From an uncultured Acidobacteriota bacterium (GTDB lineage Bacteria; Acidobacteriota; Thermoanaerobaculia; Multivoradales; Multivoraceae), in assembly GCA_963851415.1 (NCBI GenBank), contig CAWKPF010000002.1:2374526-2438525 (forward strand): DNA of 64,000 nucleotides. Reading direction: 5' to 3'. The notes beneath the pieces were generated by a model. It did not search any database and was not told the DNA's origin. It worked only from the letters and a program-made list of their open reading frames with translations. The translations under genes were made by a program, and so were the position numbers. Positions 10,346-19,350 of the stretch are shown in pieces. Each line of letters opens with the position of its first letter. The stretch's first letter is position 1.

Positions 10346-11981
10346 TCACCCCGGCCTGCCCTCCGGAGCGAAGGACGCCGGACTGCGCAGCCTGGGTAGC
10401 CGTTCTTCGACTTCGGCAGGGGTGAGCCCGAGCCGATCGGCATGCTCGACCAGCGGAGCGAAATCCACCGGATACAGGTTCAGGCGCTCGGGATCGTCGA
10501 GGCCAGCCACATTGCGCGGCTCCAGCTCTCGACGCAGCGAATCCAGGAGATCGGATCGCTCCGCGCTCGGAGCCGTGCCGGCCAGCGTAGCGACTCGGGA
10601 GGCGAAGTACTCGACCGCCGGTGCGATGACCTCGTCCTCCGCACCGAGAAAGCCCTGCCATGCCCAGGCTCCGCGCGACGCCTCCTCGGGCTCGAACAGT
10701 CGCTGCACCGTCTCGGCATGACTCGCGGCGCGGAAGTACACGTGACTCCAGGCGACGAAGAGCTCGAAGTCGTCGAGGGTGGCCTGAGCCGTGTGAATCA
10801 AGCGCTCCGTGTGTTCCGCCTCGAGCCTCAGCAAGTCCCCGTACCGCTCGAGAGCTTCCCAGCCACTCGTCCCCCGATCGGAGGGCACCGACTCCGTCAG
10901 GATGTCAACGAGTCGCTCGACTCCGAGCAGGCTCCACGCGATCCCGGTCGAGAAGAGCGGATCGAAAAAGGCGTAGGCATGAGGTAACAGGGCCCATCGC
11001 CGACCAAAGGCGACCCGAGCCCTCCCGGCTGGCCGAGCGAGGGCGATCGGCCGCACCGGGCGGGCATCTTCGAACTGCCGTCCGAGAGACGGGTACCCCG
11101 AGATCCATCGGTGGAACGCACCCTCCGGATCGAGCAGGTCGATCTTCGGGTCGTCCACCAGGACGCCGACGCTGGTCAGACCGTCGTCGAAGCGCAGCTG
11201 ATACATCCAGCCCTGGGAGGTGAGATGGTGGACCGCGGACCATTCCTCCGGATAGGGATCTCGACTGCAATCGAGTCCGGCCGCGAGACGAAAGGGCGCC
11301 ACGCCCTCGAAATGCGCGTAGAGCAATGGCCGGACGCACTCGGACTCCTCGACCCCTTCTCCCAGGGCCTCGGCAAGGACACTTCCCCTGCCTCCCGCGT
11401 CGATCGCGAACTCGGCCCTGATCTCGAGCTCTGCGGTCTCGTCTTCACCGGCTGCGCGACCCGCGGCGTGCCCGGCGACGCAGCGAAGTGCGATGCCCCC
11501 CGGAGTCTCTCGGACCGCCACGACCTCATGGTGCGGAAGGTATCGAACGCCCGCTGCAACGGCCCGTCGGAGTAGATGGTGATCGACGTCACTACGCAGC
11601 CAATGGGTGTCCGCGATCGCGTCATCGGGAGAGGCGGCCACCATCAGCCGGCGACTGTTCACCGAATCCCCCCGAAACTCCTGATCCTTCTGATGATGGT
11701 AGAAGGTGAACCCTCGTTTGAGACCTCGGCCCAGGGACGGCAGGTCACGAAGCCAGCGGCCATGGGCCGCCAGGGAATAGAGGTCGCTCTGGCCATAGCG
11801 AGTCGCCAGGCGCTCCAGCACGAGGTTGCCGAGCGGCGTCGTAGACTCGCCCAGCGCGAACCGAGGATGGTCGCCGCGCTCGAGCAGCACCACGTCCCGG
11901 CCGGAGTGAGCGAGAAGACGGGCGAGCAGTGAGCCGGCGAAACCGGATCCGATGATCGCGATCTCGTGCTCCGTGCTCACG
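10346..11981 (-). CDS. FAD-dependent oxidoreductase, flavin-dependent (tryptophan-type) halogenase-like
   Basis: GTG start VSTEHEIAIIGSGFAGSLLARLL (GxGxxG dinucleotide fold); FALGESTTP resembles the halogenase GxGEATxP lysine-region motif; QGWMYQLRF is a degenerate WxWxIP. The 809-aa ORF-track call is an over-extension (upstream 260 aa is R/G/A-rich shadow of the radical-SAM gene). Confidence 0.65.
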
Positions 11982-13029
11982 GTCGCCCCCCCGGCTCGAG
12001 ACCCCGATCGCCGAGCTCGCAAAGGCGAGCCAATCGATCCTGGTCCTCGACCGACCGATACTGCTCCGGACCCGCGAGTCGTTCCAGGTCCCAGGGATCG
12101 AGCAGCAGCAACGGACCTCTGGTCCCCTCCGCTCGCACCTGCCCCAGCTCCTGCGCCGCCGCCTCGCAGAGCTCCTCGACGAGACTCAGGGTCGGCACTT
12201 GGAAGAGACCGTCTCGTTCCAGCTTCTCGAGGCTCCCGTTGCCGCCTCGCACCGGAATCAAGGTCACCACCGAGGCGCCCAACTCGACCGCCAGCCGGAT
12301 CGATCGTCGCAGCCATGGCTCCTGCTTTCCAGGGCTCAAGAAGGGAACCCCGAGCAGGAGGAACACCCGCAGGCCGACGCCCGCTGCTTCGAGGCGAGAC
12401 GAGGCCTGGCGGAAGTCGTCCACGGTCGCCTCCTTGCCGATGGCGTGCAGCACCTCGGGATTCGCCGTCTCGAGACCGAGTGCCACCTCGAGCCGGGCCG
12501 ATCCCAGCCAGGCCCGGCTCTCGGTCAACACGGAGTCGCGAATCAGACGTGGATGACACTCGACGGTCACTTGCCGTGCCTCTCTCAAACGGTGCAACAG
12601 CCGCTGCCGGTCCTCGGCCGGGACCGCACGGTCCTCGAAGAAATTGCTCGCGTTGTAGAGCTTGACCTGGGTCTCGTGAAGTGGGATTGCACGCGCCTCG
12701 AGCTCGCCCAGCGCCAGCTCGAGCTGGGCAGGCAGTGCTCCGAGTGGAGTCGGGAAGCTCGAGGTGTACTTCCACAAGTCACAGAAGACACAACTGAACG
12801 GACACTCGGCACCGGCCAGGAAGACCGTCATCGCCGGCCGCGCAGGGCCTGCGAGCGAGGGCTCCTCCTCGATACTGACCCCGATCGGCCTCCAGAGGTC
12901 CGGCTCTACGCGCCCGGGACGCATCGAGCGCACCGACGCCGGGTCGAAGGTCCGGCCGACCCGGGGCGAGCCCTCGCAAGCCCGTGGATCGCTGTTCGGC
13001 CCGCGAGGAACCGATCGAGGCGAGGTCAT
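11977..13029 (-). CDS. radical SAM protein
   Basis: AECPFSCVFCDLW = CxxxCxxC cluster-binding motif. Start MTSPRS at 13029 sits 2 nt after the upstream gene's TGA (TGAggATG). The end overlaps the start of the next gene by 5 nt. Confidence 0.65.
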   Translation of the reverse strand: MTSPRSVPRGPNSDPRACEGSPRVGRTFDPASVRSMRPGRVEPDLWRPIGVSIEEEPSLAGPARPAMTVFLAGAECPFSCVFCDLWKYTSSFPTPLGALPAQLELALGELEARAIPLHETQVKLYNASNFFEDRAVPAEDRQRLLHRLREARQVTVECHPRLIRDSVLTESRAWLGSARLEVALGLETANPEVLHAIGKEATVDDFRQASSRLEAAGVGLRVFLLLGVPFLSPGKQEPWLRRSIRLAVELGASVVTLIPVRGGNGSLEKLERDGLFQVPTLSLVEELCEAAAQELGQVRAEGTRGPLLLLDPWDLERLAGPEQYRSVEDQDRLARLCELGDRGLEPGGRP

Positions 13030-13031
13030 CC

Positions 13032-14384
13032 TCAGCGATTGACCCGCGAGAGGAAGTACTCCCGATAGCGCTCCGGGGGCACGTCGAACAATTGCTCGAA
13101 GACCGCCCGGTCCGAAGCGCCATGTTGGAACCTGCGCTTCGGAAACACGGGGAAGTCGACGCCCATGACTCGGGCCACGCCACGACGCACCACTTCTCCC
13201 TTGAGATCGTAGAGGCGCTCGTGCGATCCCTCGGTCAGCTGGGCAAAGGGGATCGCCTCGGCCACTGCGATCACAGAAGGCCGAGTCAGGGGACTGAAGC
13301 CCTCGAACCCGAGCAGGCTCGCCGGCGCGTAGGTACGCACGGTACCGCGGCTCAGACCACCGCTGTAGGTCAGTGAGTGCTTGATCGCCTCGACTCCCCA
13401 ACCCTCCTGATAGAGCATCTGATTCGATACCACGGAGCGAATCGTGAGCTCGTCGTTCTCCTCGATCGGGTAGTCCTTGAGATTCTCGTCTCCGCCGTCG
13501 CCATCGACCAGGAATCGCCACTCCGGATAGCGCTCACGAATCCCCTCGAGCAGTGAGATCGCCACCGTCGCGCACTCGACATCGAGCGGCTTGTAGTCCT
13601 CGATGACCTCGACCGCGCGCAGCGGATCGAGCCGCTCCGGAGCCACCTCGATCACCTCGCCCAGCATCTCCAACTCGGTGCGCCGCAAGAATTCGAGGGC
13701 CTGGTCGGCATCCGCACCGCCGTCACCCACACGCAAGGTAAAGGCCTTGAGCCGGGTCGGCGCCTGCCCGGACTGGAGCATCGCATGATGCAGCGCGAGC
13801 GTGACCAGGCCGCTGTCGATCCCACCCGAGAAGCAGACACCGATCGGCTCGGCGCGCTCCTTCTCGGACTGGCCTTCGAGCCAACGACGCACCTCGTCGA
13901 CGACGGCGGCCACATAGCGCTCACCGATCACGTCGAGGTCCGCGGGGAGAGACGCCAGCGGCGGATCGAAGAACCGCGTCTGGGTCGGATTCGGATCCGG
14001 GCAGCCGATCAGACGAAGGGTCGTGACATGGTGAGCGGGAACCATCCTCGTGTAGGTCGGATGGAACTGCGAGCCATACCCTTCCTCCTCGAGGCGCTGC
14101 GCGATCGTGTCGATCCGATCCGAGACGATCAGGAACGGCCCGGCCTCCTCCTTGGCAAGAAAGTAGCGCAGCGGTCGATCGAGGGAGCGGGCCAGAAAGA
14201 CCCGCTCTGCGTCCCGGGCCACCAGGGCATAGGAGCCCTCCACTTCGAGCATGCGCTCCGGATGGCGTCGCAGCAGCTCCCGAGCATCTTCGAGACTCAT
14301 GTTCTGAAGCCGTTGACACGAGGGCGGAGTCAAATCGACCAGCCGGTGGATGGGCAGCGGACCACGGGTAGCGGGCGTCGTCAT
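13032..14384 (-). CDS. asparagine-synthetase-B-like protein lacking the N-terminal Cys nucleophile (lasso-cyclase / beta-lactam-synthetase-like fold)
   Basis: PP-loop VCFSGGIDSGLV (SGGxDS ATP-pyrophosphatase motif). Degenerate GATase-like N-domain (GSYALVARD…RPLRYF…FLIVSDRI) with no Cys2. Start at MTTPATRG (14384). Confidence 0.65.
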   Translation of the reverse strand: MTTPATRGPLPIHRLVDLTPPSCQRLQNMSLEDARELLRRHPERMLEVEGSYALVARDAERVFLARSLDRPLRYFLAKEEAGPFLIVSDRIDTIAQRLEEEGYGSQFHPTYTRMVPAHHVTTLRLIGCPDPNPTQTRFFDPPLASLPADLDVIGERYVAAVVDEVRRWLEGQSEKERAEPIGVCFSGGIDSGLVTLALHHAMLQSGQAPTRLKAFTLRVGDGGADADQALEFLRRTELEMLGEVIEVAPERLDPLRAVEVIEDYKPLDVECATVAISLLEGIRERYPEWRFLVDGDGGDENLKDYPIEENDELTIRSVVSNQMLYQEGWGVEAIKHSLTYSGGLSRGTVRTYAPASLLGFEGFSPLTRPSVIAVAEAIPFAQLTEGSHERLYDLKGEVVRRGVARVMGVDFPVFPKRRFQHGASDRAVFEQLFDVPPERYREYFLSRVNR

Positions 14385-14527
14385 CGGGGAGTACTCCAGA
14401 GACGGCCAGGCAGGAGACCTGACCGGAGGGATCGACAGGGCGATGCGACGATTATAGTGAGGCTCTTCGCTGACCACCTATCGAACGAGGCCTCTGGCCC
14501 ACAGTCCCTGTGATCGAGGAGATTCGC

Positions 14528-15127
14528 ATGACCGCCATCCCACACCACCCGCGTACACTAAACGGCAGACCATCGGCGCTCTGCCTCTGGCTCGGCCTGA
14601 GCGTCACCCTTCTCGCCTGCGGCAGCGAGCCCGAACCGCAGACCCAACCGGTCGCCGAGTCCGTGACCAGCCCCGCCACCGGGGTGACCTTCTCGGTGCT
14701 GCCCGAGGGATTCGAAGTGGCGCGCAACGACGCCGATGGCTTCGAGCTCCGCTCCAGCTCCCCGGAACGCCCCGGTGTGATGTGGGTCGAGGCAGGCGAG
14801 GTGAGCGACTTCGGAATCGAGCTCGATTCCTTCGTCTGGCAGGACCGCGAGAGCTACGCCGAGCGGCCCGGAGGCGAGTATCTCGGCGGCAACAAGCTCG
14901 TTTCCCAGCTCGGCGACGCGTACTACTCCCGGGGGCGCTTCGACGGCGAGGGACGCGAGGAGGAGGTGGCCGTGTTCGCCCTGCACCCGAGCGTCAACCG
15001 GCTGCTCACGCTGCGCTATCGCTATCCGGCCGGAGAGGACAGCGCGCAGCGGCTGCCGGAGCTCCTCGAATTGCTGGGAGCGATCGAGGCCGCAGCGGTC
15101 GAGCCGGAAGCGCCCCCGGAGCAGTGA
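14528..15127 (+). CDS. hypothetical lipoprotein
   Basis: Signal plus lipobox LSVTLLACGSE; no recognisable domain. Confidence 0.45.
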   Translation: MTAIPHHPRTLNGRPSALCLWLGLSVTLLACGSEPEPQTQPVAESVTSPATGVTFSVLPEGFEVARNDADGFELRSSSPERPGVMWVEAGEVSDFGIELDSFVWQDRESYAERPGGEYLGGNKLVSQLGDAYYSRGRFDGEGREEEVAVFALHPSVNRLLTLRYRYPAGEDSAQRLPELLELLGAIEAAAVEPEAPPEQ

Positions 15128-15289
15128 CATTGGGGGTCAGTCTTGGGAAAAAGTGGTATCCGGGTGACGTTTTTGGTCCGCTCAGCGAGAGCGTCGACAC
15201 AGTTTCCTGAGCTTCTCCACTTTTCGTAGGCAGAATGTTCGTGTAAACTTCGCGATGCCCTGCAGGGGAGGCCCGCAAGGGGAGGGATC

Positions 15290-16399
15290 ATGCCGCCGAG
15301 TTTGAACGCACTCTTGAAGACCATGGTGGAGCAGGGAGGCTCCGATCTCCACCTGACGATCAATTCACCGCCCCAGGTCCGGGTGGACGGCAAGCTGCGG
15401 CCCCTGAATCTGCCGCCGCTCTCCCCCACCGAGACCAAGCAGATCGCCTACTCGATCCTGACCGACAACCAGAAACACCGGTTGGAAGAGGACCTCGAGA
15501 TCGATTTCTCCTTCGGGATCCGAGGACTGGCACGCTTCCGCGCCAACGTCTTCCATCAACGAGGCGCCATTGCAGCGGTCTTCCGACAGATCCCCTACGA
15601 GATCCTGAGCTTCTCTCAGCTCGGCCTCCCGGCGGTGATCGAGAAGATCAGCGACAAGCCCCGCGGGCTGGTCCTCGTGACCGGACCGACCGGCTCGGGA
15701 AAGTCCACGACGCTGGCCGCGATGATCGACAAGGTCAATCGCGAGCGCCACGAGCACATCCTCACCATCGAGGATCCGGTCGAGTACCTGCACGAGCACA
15801 AGGCCTGCCTGATCAACCAGCGCGAGCTCGGGGCCGATACCCACGGATTCAGCAATTCGCTGCGCTCGGCGCTGCGACAGGACCCCGATGTCGTGCTCAT
15901 CGGTGAGATGCGAGACCACGAAACGATCGAGGCCGCCCTGCGCATTGCCGAGACCGGACATCTCACCTTCGCCACGCTGCACACCAATTCGGCGGCCCAG
16001 TCGATCAACCGCATCATCGACGTCTTCCCGGCCCACCAGCAGTCTCAGATTCGCACCCAGCTCTCGTTCGTGCTGGAGGGCATCATCTGTCAGAGCCTGA
16101 TTCCCAAGGCAAGCGGCAAGGGGCGTGCGCTCGCCCTCGAAGTGCTGGTCCCCAGCTCGGCAATTCGTAACCTGATCCGGGAAGACAAGGTGCATCAGAT
16201 CTACGGAATGATGCAGTCCGGCCAGGCGAAGCACGGCATGCTGACCTTCAACCAGTCCCTCGCCAGCCTGTACTTCCGCCGCCTGATCACGCTTCAAACT
16301 GCAATGAACCGGTCGTCGATCCCGGACGAGCTCCAGGAGATCATCAGCCGGGGCCCCGCCGCCGTTGGCCTGACGGTTCCTAACGAAGGACGGAGATAG
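15290..16399 (+). CDS. pilT: type IV pilus retraction ATPase PilT
   Basis: GLVLVTGPTGSGKSTTLAAMID Walker A, Asp box, and GMxxxxQ region; full-length similarity to PilT/PilU. RBS GGGGAGGG upstream. Confidence 0.92.
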   Translation: MPPSLNALLKTMVEQGGSDLHLTINSPPQVRVDGKLRPLNLPPLSPTETKQIAYSILTDNQKHRLEEDLEIDFSFGIRGLARFRANVFHQRGAIAAVFRQIPYEILSFSQLGLPAVIEKISDKPRGLVLVTGPTGSGKSTTLAAMIDKVNRERHEHILTIEDPVEYLHEHKACLINQRELGADTHGFSNSLRSALRQDPDVVLIGEMRDHETIEAALRIAETGHLTFATLHTNSAAQSINRIIDVFPAHQQSQIRTQLSFVLEGIICQSLIPKASGKGRALALEVLVPSSAIRNLIREDKVHQIYGMMQSGQAKHGMLTFNQSLASLYFRRLITLQTAMNRSSIPDELQEIISRGPAAVGLTVPNEGRR

Positions 16400-16405
16400 A
16401 AAACG

Positions 16406-17611
16406 ATGCCCAATTTCACCTGGAAAGGGAAGACTCGCGCCGGCCAGGCGCAAGAAGGAACCCTGCTGGCCGACAGCAAAGACGCGGCCGTCGCGGCACT
16501 CCGACGCCAGCAGATTCAGGTCACGAGCATTCGCGAGAAGGGCAAGTCGATCCCTCTCATTCCCCGATTGCCGAGGCGGGTCACCCCCAAGCAGCTCGCG
16601 ATCTTCACCCGCCAGTTCTCCGTGATGCTCGACGCGGGCCTTCCTCTCGTCCAGTGTCTCGAGATCCTCGGCAACCAGGAAGAGAATCGCACCTTCAAGG
16701 AGATCCTGATCACGGTGCGCACCGACGTCGAGCAGGGCAACTCGCTCGCCGAGGCCATGCGCAAGCACCCCAAGGCCTTCGACGATCTCTACGTCAACAT
16801 GATCGCGGCCGGCGAGGCGGGCGGTATCCTCGACATCATTCTGCAGCGCCTGTCGACCTACATCGAAAAGGCCGTCAAGCTGCGCAATCAGGTCACCTCG
16901 GCGATGATGTATCCGACTTCGATCGTCGTGATTGCCTCGGGTGTCGTCTTCCTCATCTTGTGGAAGGTGATCCCGGTCTTCGCAGCGATGTTCGCCGGCC
17001 TCGGTGGCGAGCTGCCTTTCCTCACTCGAGTGGTGGTCGGAGCGAGCAACTTCCTGGGCCGCTATGCCATTTTCATCTTCATCGGCATCGGCCTCTCGAT
17101 CTGGGGAATTCGCCGATACCACAAGACGCACTCTGGCCGACGCGTTCTCGACGGACTCATCCTCAAGATTCCCGTCCTCGGCATGCTCATGATGAAGATC
17201 TCGGTGGCTCGCTTCTGCCGAACTCTCGCCACTCTGACCTCCTCCGGTGTGCCGATCCTCGACGGCCTCGAGATCACGGCCAAGACCTCTGGCAACGCCA
17301 TCATCGAAGACTCGATCATGAGTGTGCGTAAGTCGGTCGAGGAAGGTAAGACGATCAGTGAGCCGCTCTCGGAGACCGGCATCTTCCCCGCCATGGTCTG
17401 CCAGATGATCAACGTCGGCGAACAGACGGGTGCTCTCGATCAGATGCTCTCCAAGATCGCGGACTTCTACGAGGACGAAGTCGACACCGCCGTCGAGGGT
17501 CTCATGAAGCTCCTCGAACCGATCATGATCACCGTTCTGGGCGGCATCATCGGAACCATCGTCACCGCGATGTATCTGCCGATGTACTCGATCCTGAACA
17601 AGATCGGCTGA
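16406..17611 (+). CDS. pilC: type IV pilus inner-membrane platform protein PilC (GspF family)
   Basis: Two GspF repeats (…LSVMLDAGLPLVQCLEIL…, …LATLTSSGVPILDGLEI…); 401 aa; immediately downstream of pilT. Confidence 0.9.
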   Translation: MPNFTWKGKTRAGQAQEGTLLADSKDAAVAALRRQQIQVTSIREKGKSIPLIPRLPRRVTPKQLAIFTRQFSVMLDAGLPLVQCLEILGNQEENRTFKEILITVRTDVEQGNSLAEAMRKHPKAFDDLYVNMIAAGEAGGILDIILQRLSTYIEKAVKLRNQVTSAMMYPTSIVVIASGVVFLILWKVIPVFAAMFAGLGGELPFLTRVVVGASNFLGRYAIFIFIGIGLSIWGIRRYHKTHSGRRVLDGLILKIPVLGMLMMKISVARFCRTLATLTSSGVPILDGLEITAKTSGNAIIEDSIMSVRKSVEEGKTISEPLSETGIFPAMVCQMINVGEQTGALDQMLSKIADFYEDEVDTAVEGLMKLLEPIMITVLGGIIGTIVTAMYLPMYSILNKIG

Positions 17612-17715
17612 GGTGAATCCCGGGAGGGCGCTGGTATCCTGGCCGACGCTCCTCCGTCGTCCGGGAGCCCGTTCGCCCGGCTCCCTTCTCCACCAACGGA
17701 GCCTTCGAGGCAGCG

Positions 17716-19350
17716 ATGAAACCGCTCGCTAATCAGCTCAAGTGGATCATCGGCCTTCGGCTCGTCGTCGTGACGAGCGCAGTGCTCCTGCAGCTGCTGC
17801 TGCGGCTCTTCGCCGTCGACGTGGACCTGAGGGCGGGCTACCTCTACCTGGTGGCGGCAGGCGTCTACGTCGCCAGCTTCATCTACATGACGCTGCTCCG
17901 CCTGTTCCCCGAGCGACTGTTCGCGCAGGCGTACCTCCAGTTCATCGTCGATCTCCTGATCATCACGGGTCTGGTCAGCGTGACCGGTGGCATCTCGAGC
18001 CCCTTCTCGATGCTCTACCTGGTGATCATCTCCGTAGCCGCCGCACTGCTGCGACGGCGCGCCGGAATGGTCATCGCCCAGATCGCGTGGTTGCTCTACG
18101 CCGGACTCCTCGTCGTCCTCTACTCCCAGGACCCGAACTCCGAAACCGTTCCTCTGCTGATCTACAACCTCTTCTCCACCCTGCTCGGCTTTGCCGGGGT
18201 CGCCGTTCTCACCTCGTACCTGGCAAGAAACATCGCCCGGGCCGAAGAGGAGTTGGTGGCCGCGACGACCAGCCTCGAGGAGCTCGAGGTGATGCACCGC
18301 GACGTGATCGAGTCGATCGCGTCCGGGATCATCACCACCGACCTCGAAGGGCGAATCGTGAGCATCAATCGTGCGGGAAGGGAGATTCTCGATCGCTCGG
18401 AGGGGGACCTTCTCGGATCTGCCGTGTACAAGACCGGCCTCATGACGCAGGAGCAGTGGAGCCAGCTGTCCACAGCCAGCTCGATCCCGGAGCGCGTCCG
18501 GGACGAAGGCGAAGTCCGGCGAGGAGGTGAGGTCCTGTATGTCGGCTTCTCGGTCAATGACCTCAGTGACGCGGACGGAGAGCGGCGCGGCTACATCATC
18601 ATCTTCCAGGACCTCACCGACTGGAGAAAGCTCCAGGAGGAAGTCCAGCTCAAGGACCGAATGGCCGCCGTCGGCGAGCTGGCTGCAGGAATCGCCCACG
18701 AGATCGGGAACCCACTGGCAGCGATCTCGGGATCGGTACAGATGCTCTCCCACTCGGCGAGTCCCGAGGGGTCGACCGAGAAGCTTCTGGGCATCATTCT
18801 GCAGGAGAGTCGACGGCTCGACCGCACGATCAAGAGCTTCCTACGCTTCGCCCGTCCGCGCGAACGAACGGCGATCGAGTTCGACATCGCCCAGCTCCTG
18901 GCCGAGAACCTCACCCTCCTCCGAAACAGCGAAGAGGTGCTGACCGGACACCTGATCGAGCTCGACCTCGACCCGCCGTCGGCACTTCTCCAGGGCGACC
19001 CCGACCAGATCAGTCAGATCTTCTGGAATGTGACCCGCAATGCCTTGCGCGCCATGCCCGAAGGCGGCACGTTGCGCATCGGGGGGCGTATGGCTCAAGA
19101 CAGCTACCTCATTCGATTTGCCGACACCGGGCGGGGAATGTCCGAGCGCGAACGAGCCAACCTGTTTCACCCGTACCACACCTTCTTCGACGGCGGCGTC
19201 GGAATCGGAATGGCGATCGTCTATCGAATCGTCGAGGAGCACGGCGGCCGTATCTCCGTCCACAGCGCCCCCGACGCCGGAACCATCGTGGAAGTCCGCC
19301 TCCCGGTTTCTCGAGCCCAGGCCATTCCGTCCATCGAGGCCACCGCATGA
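17716..19350 (+). CDS. pilS: sensor histidine kinase, PilS-like
   Basis: N-terminal multi-TM region, PAS-like segment, H-box AAGIAHEIGNPLAAISG and HATPase_c (ADTGRGM…GGVGIGMAIV). Stop overlaps the pilR start (ATGA). Confidence 0.8.
   Translation: MKPLANQLKWIIGLRLVVVTSAVLLQLLLRLFAVDVDLRAGYLYLVAAGVYVASFIYMTLLRLFPERLFAQAYLQFIVDLLIITGLVSVTGGISSPFSMLYLVIISVAAALLRRRAGMVIAQIAWLLYAGLLVVLYSQDPNSETVPLLIYNLFSTLLGFAGVAVLTSYLARNIARAEEELVAATTSLEELEVMHRDVIESIASGIITTDLEGRIVSINRAGREILDRSEGDLLGSAVYKTGLMTQEQWSQLSTASSIPERVRDEGEVRRGGEVLYVGFSVNDLSDADGERRGYIIIFQDLTDWRKLQEEVQLKDRMAAVGELAAGIAHEIGNPLAAISGSVQMLSHSASPEGSTEKLLGIILQESRRLDRTIKSFLRFARPRERTAIEFDIAQLLAENLTLLRNSEEVLTGHLIELDLDPPSALLQGDPDQISQIFWNVTRNALRAMPEGGTLRIGGRMAQDSYLIRFADTGRGMSERERANLFHPYHTFFDGGVGIGMAIVYRIVEEHGGRISVHSAPDAGTIVEVRLPVSRAQAIPSIEATA

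Noticed and set aside
9540-10721. 393-aa + strand ORF and 275-aa minus ORF 9616-10443
   Set aside because: Overlap modA in other frames or on the opposite strand; no motifs; R/G-rich.
10346-12775. 809-aa minus-strand ORF taken as one gene
   Set aside because: The N-terminal ~260 aa are R/G/A-rich low complexity and overlap the radical SAM gene in another frame. The conserved GxGxxG N-terminus starts at the GTG at 11981, so the gene was trimmed.
15365-17131. 588-aa minus ORF and 428-aa minus ORF 17467-18753
   Set aside because: Antisense to pilT/pilC and pilS respectively, which have unambiguous motifs.
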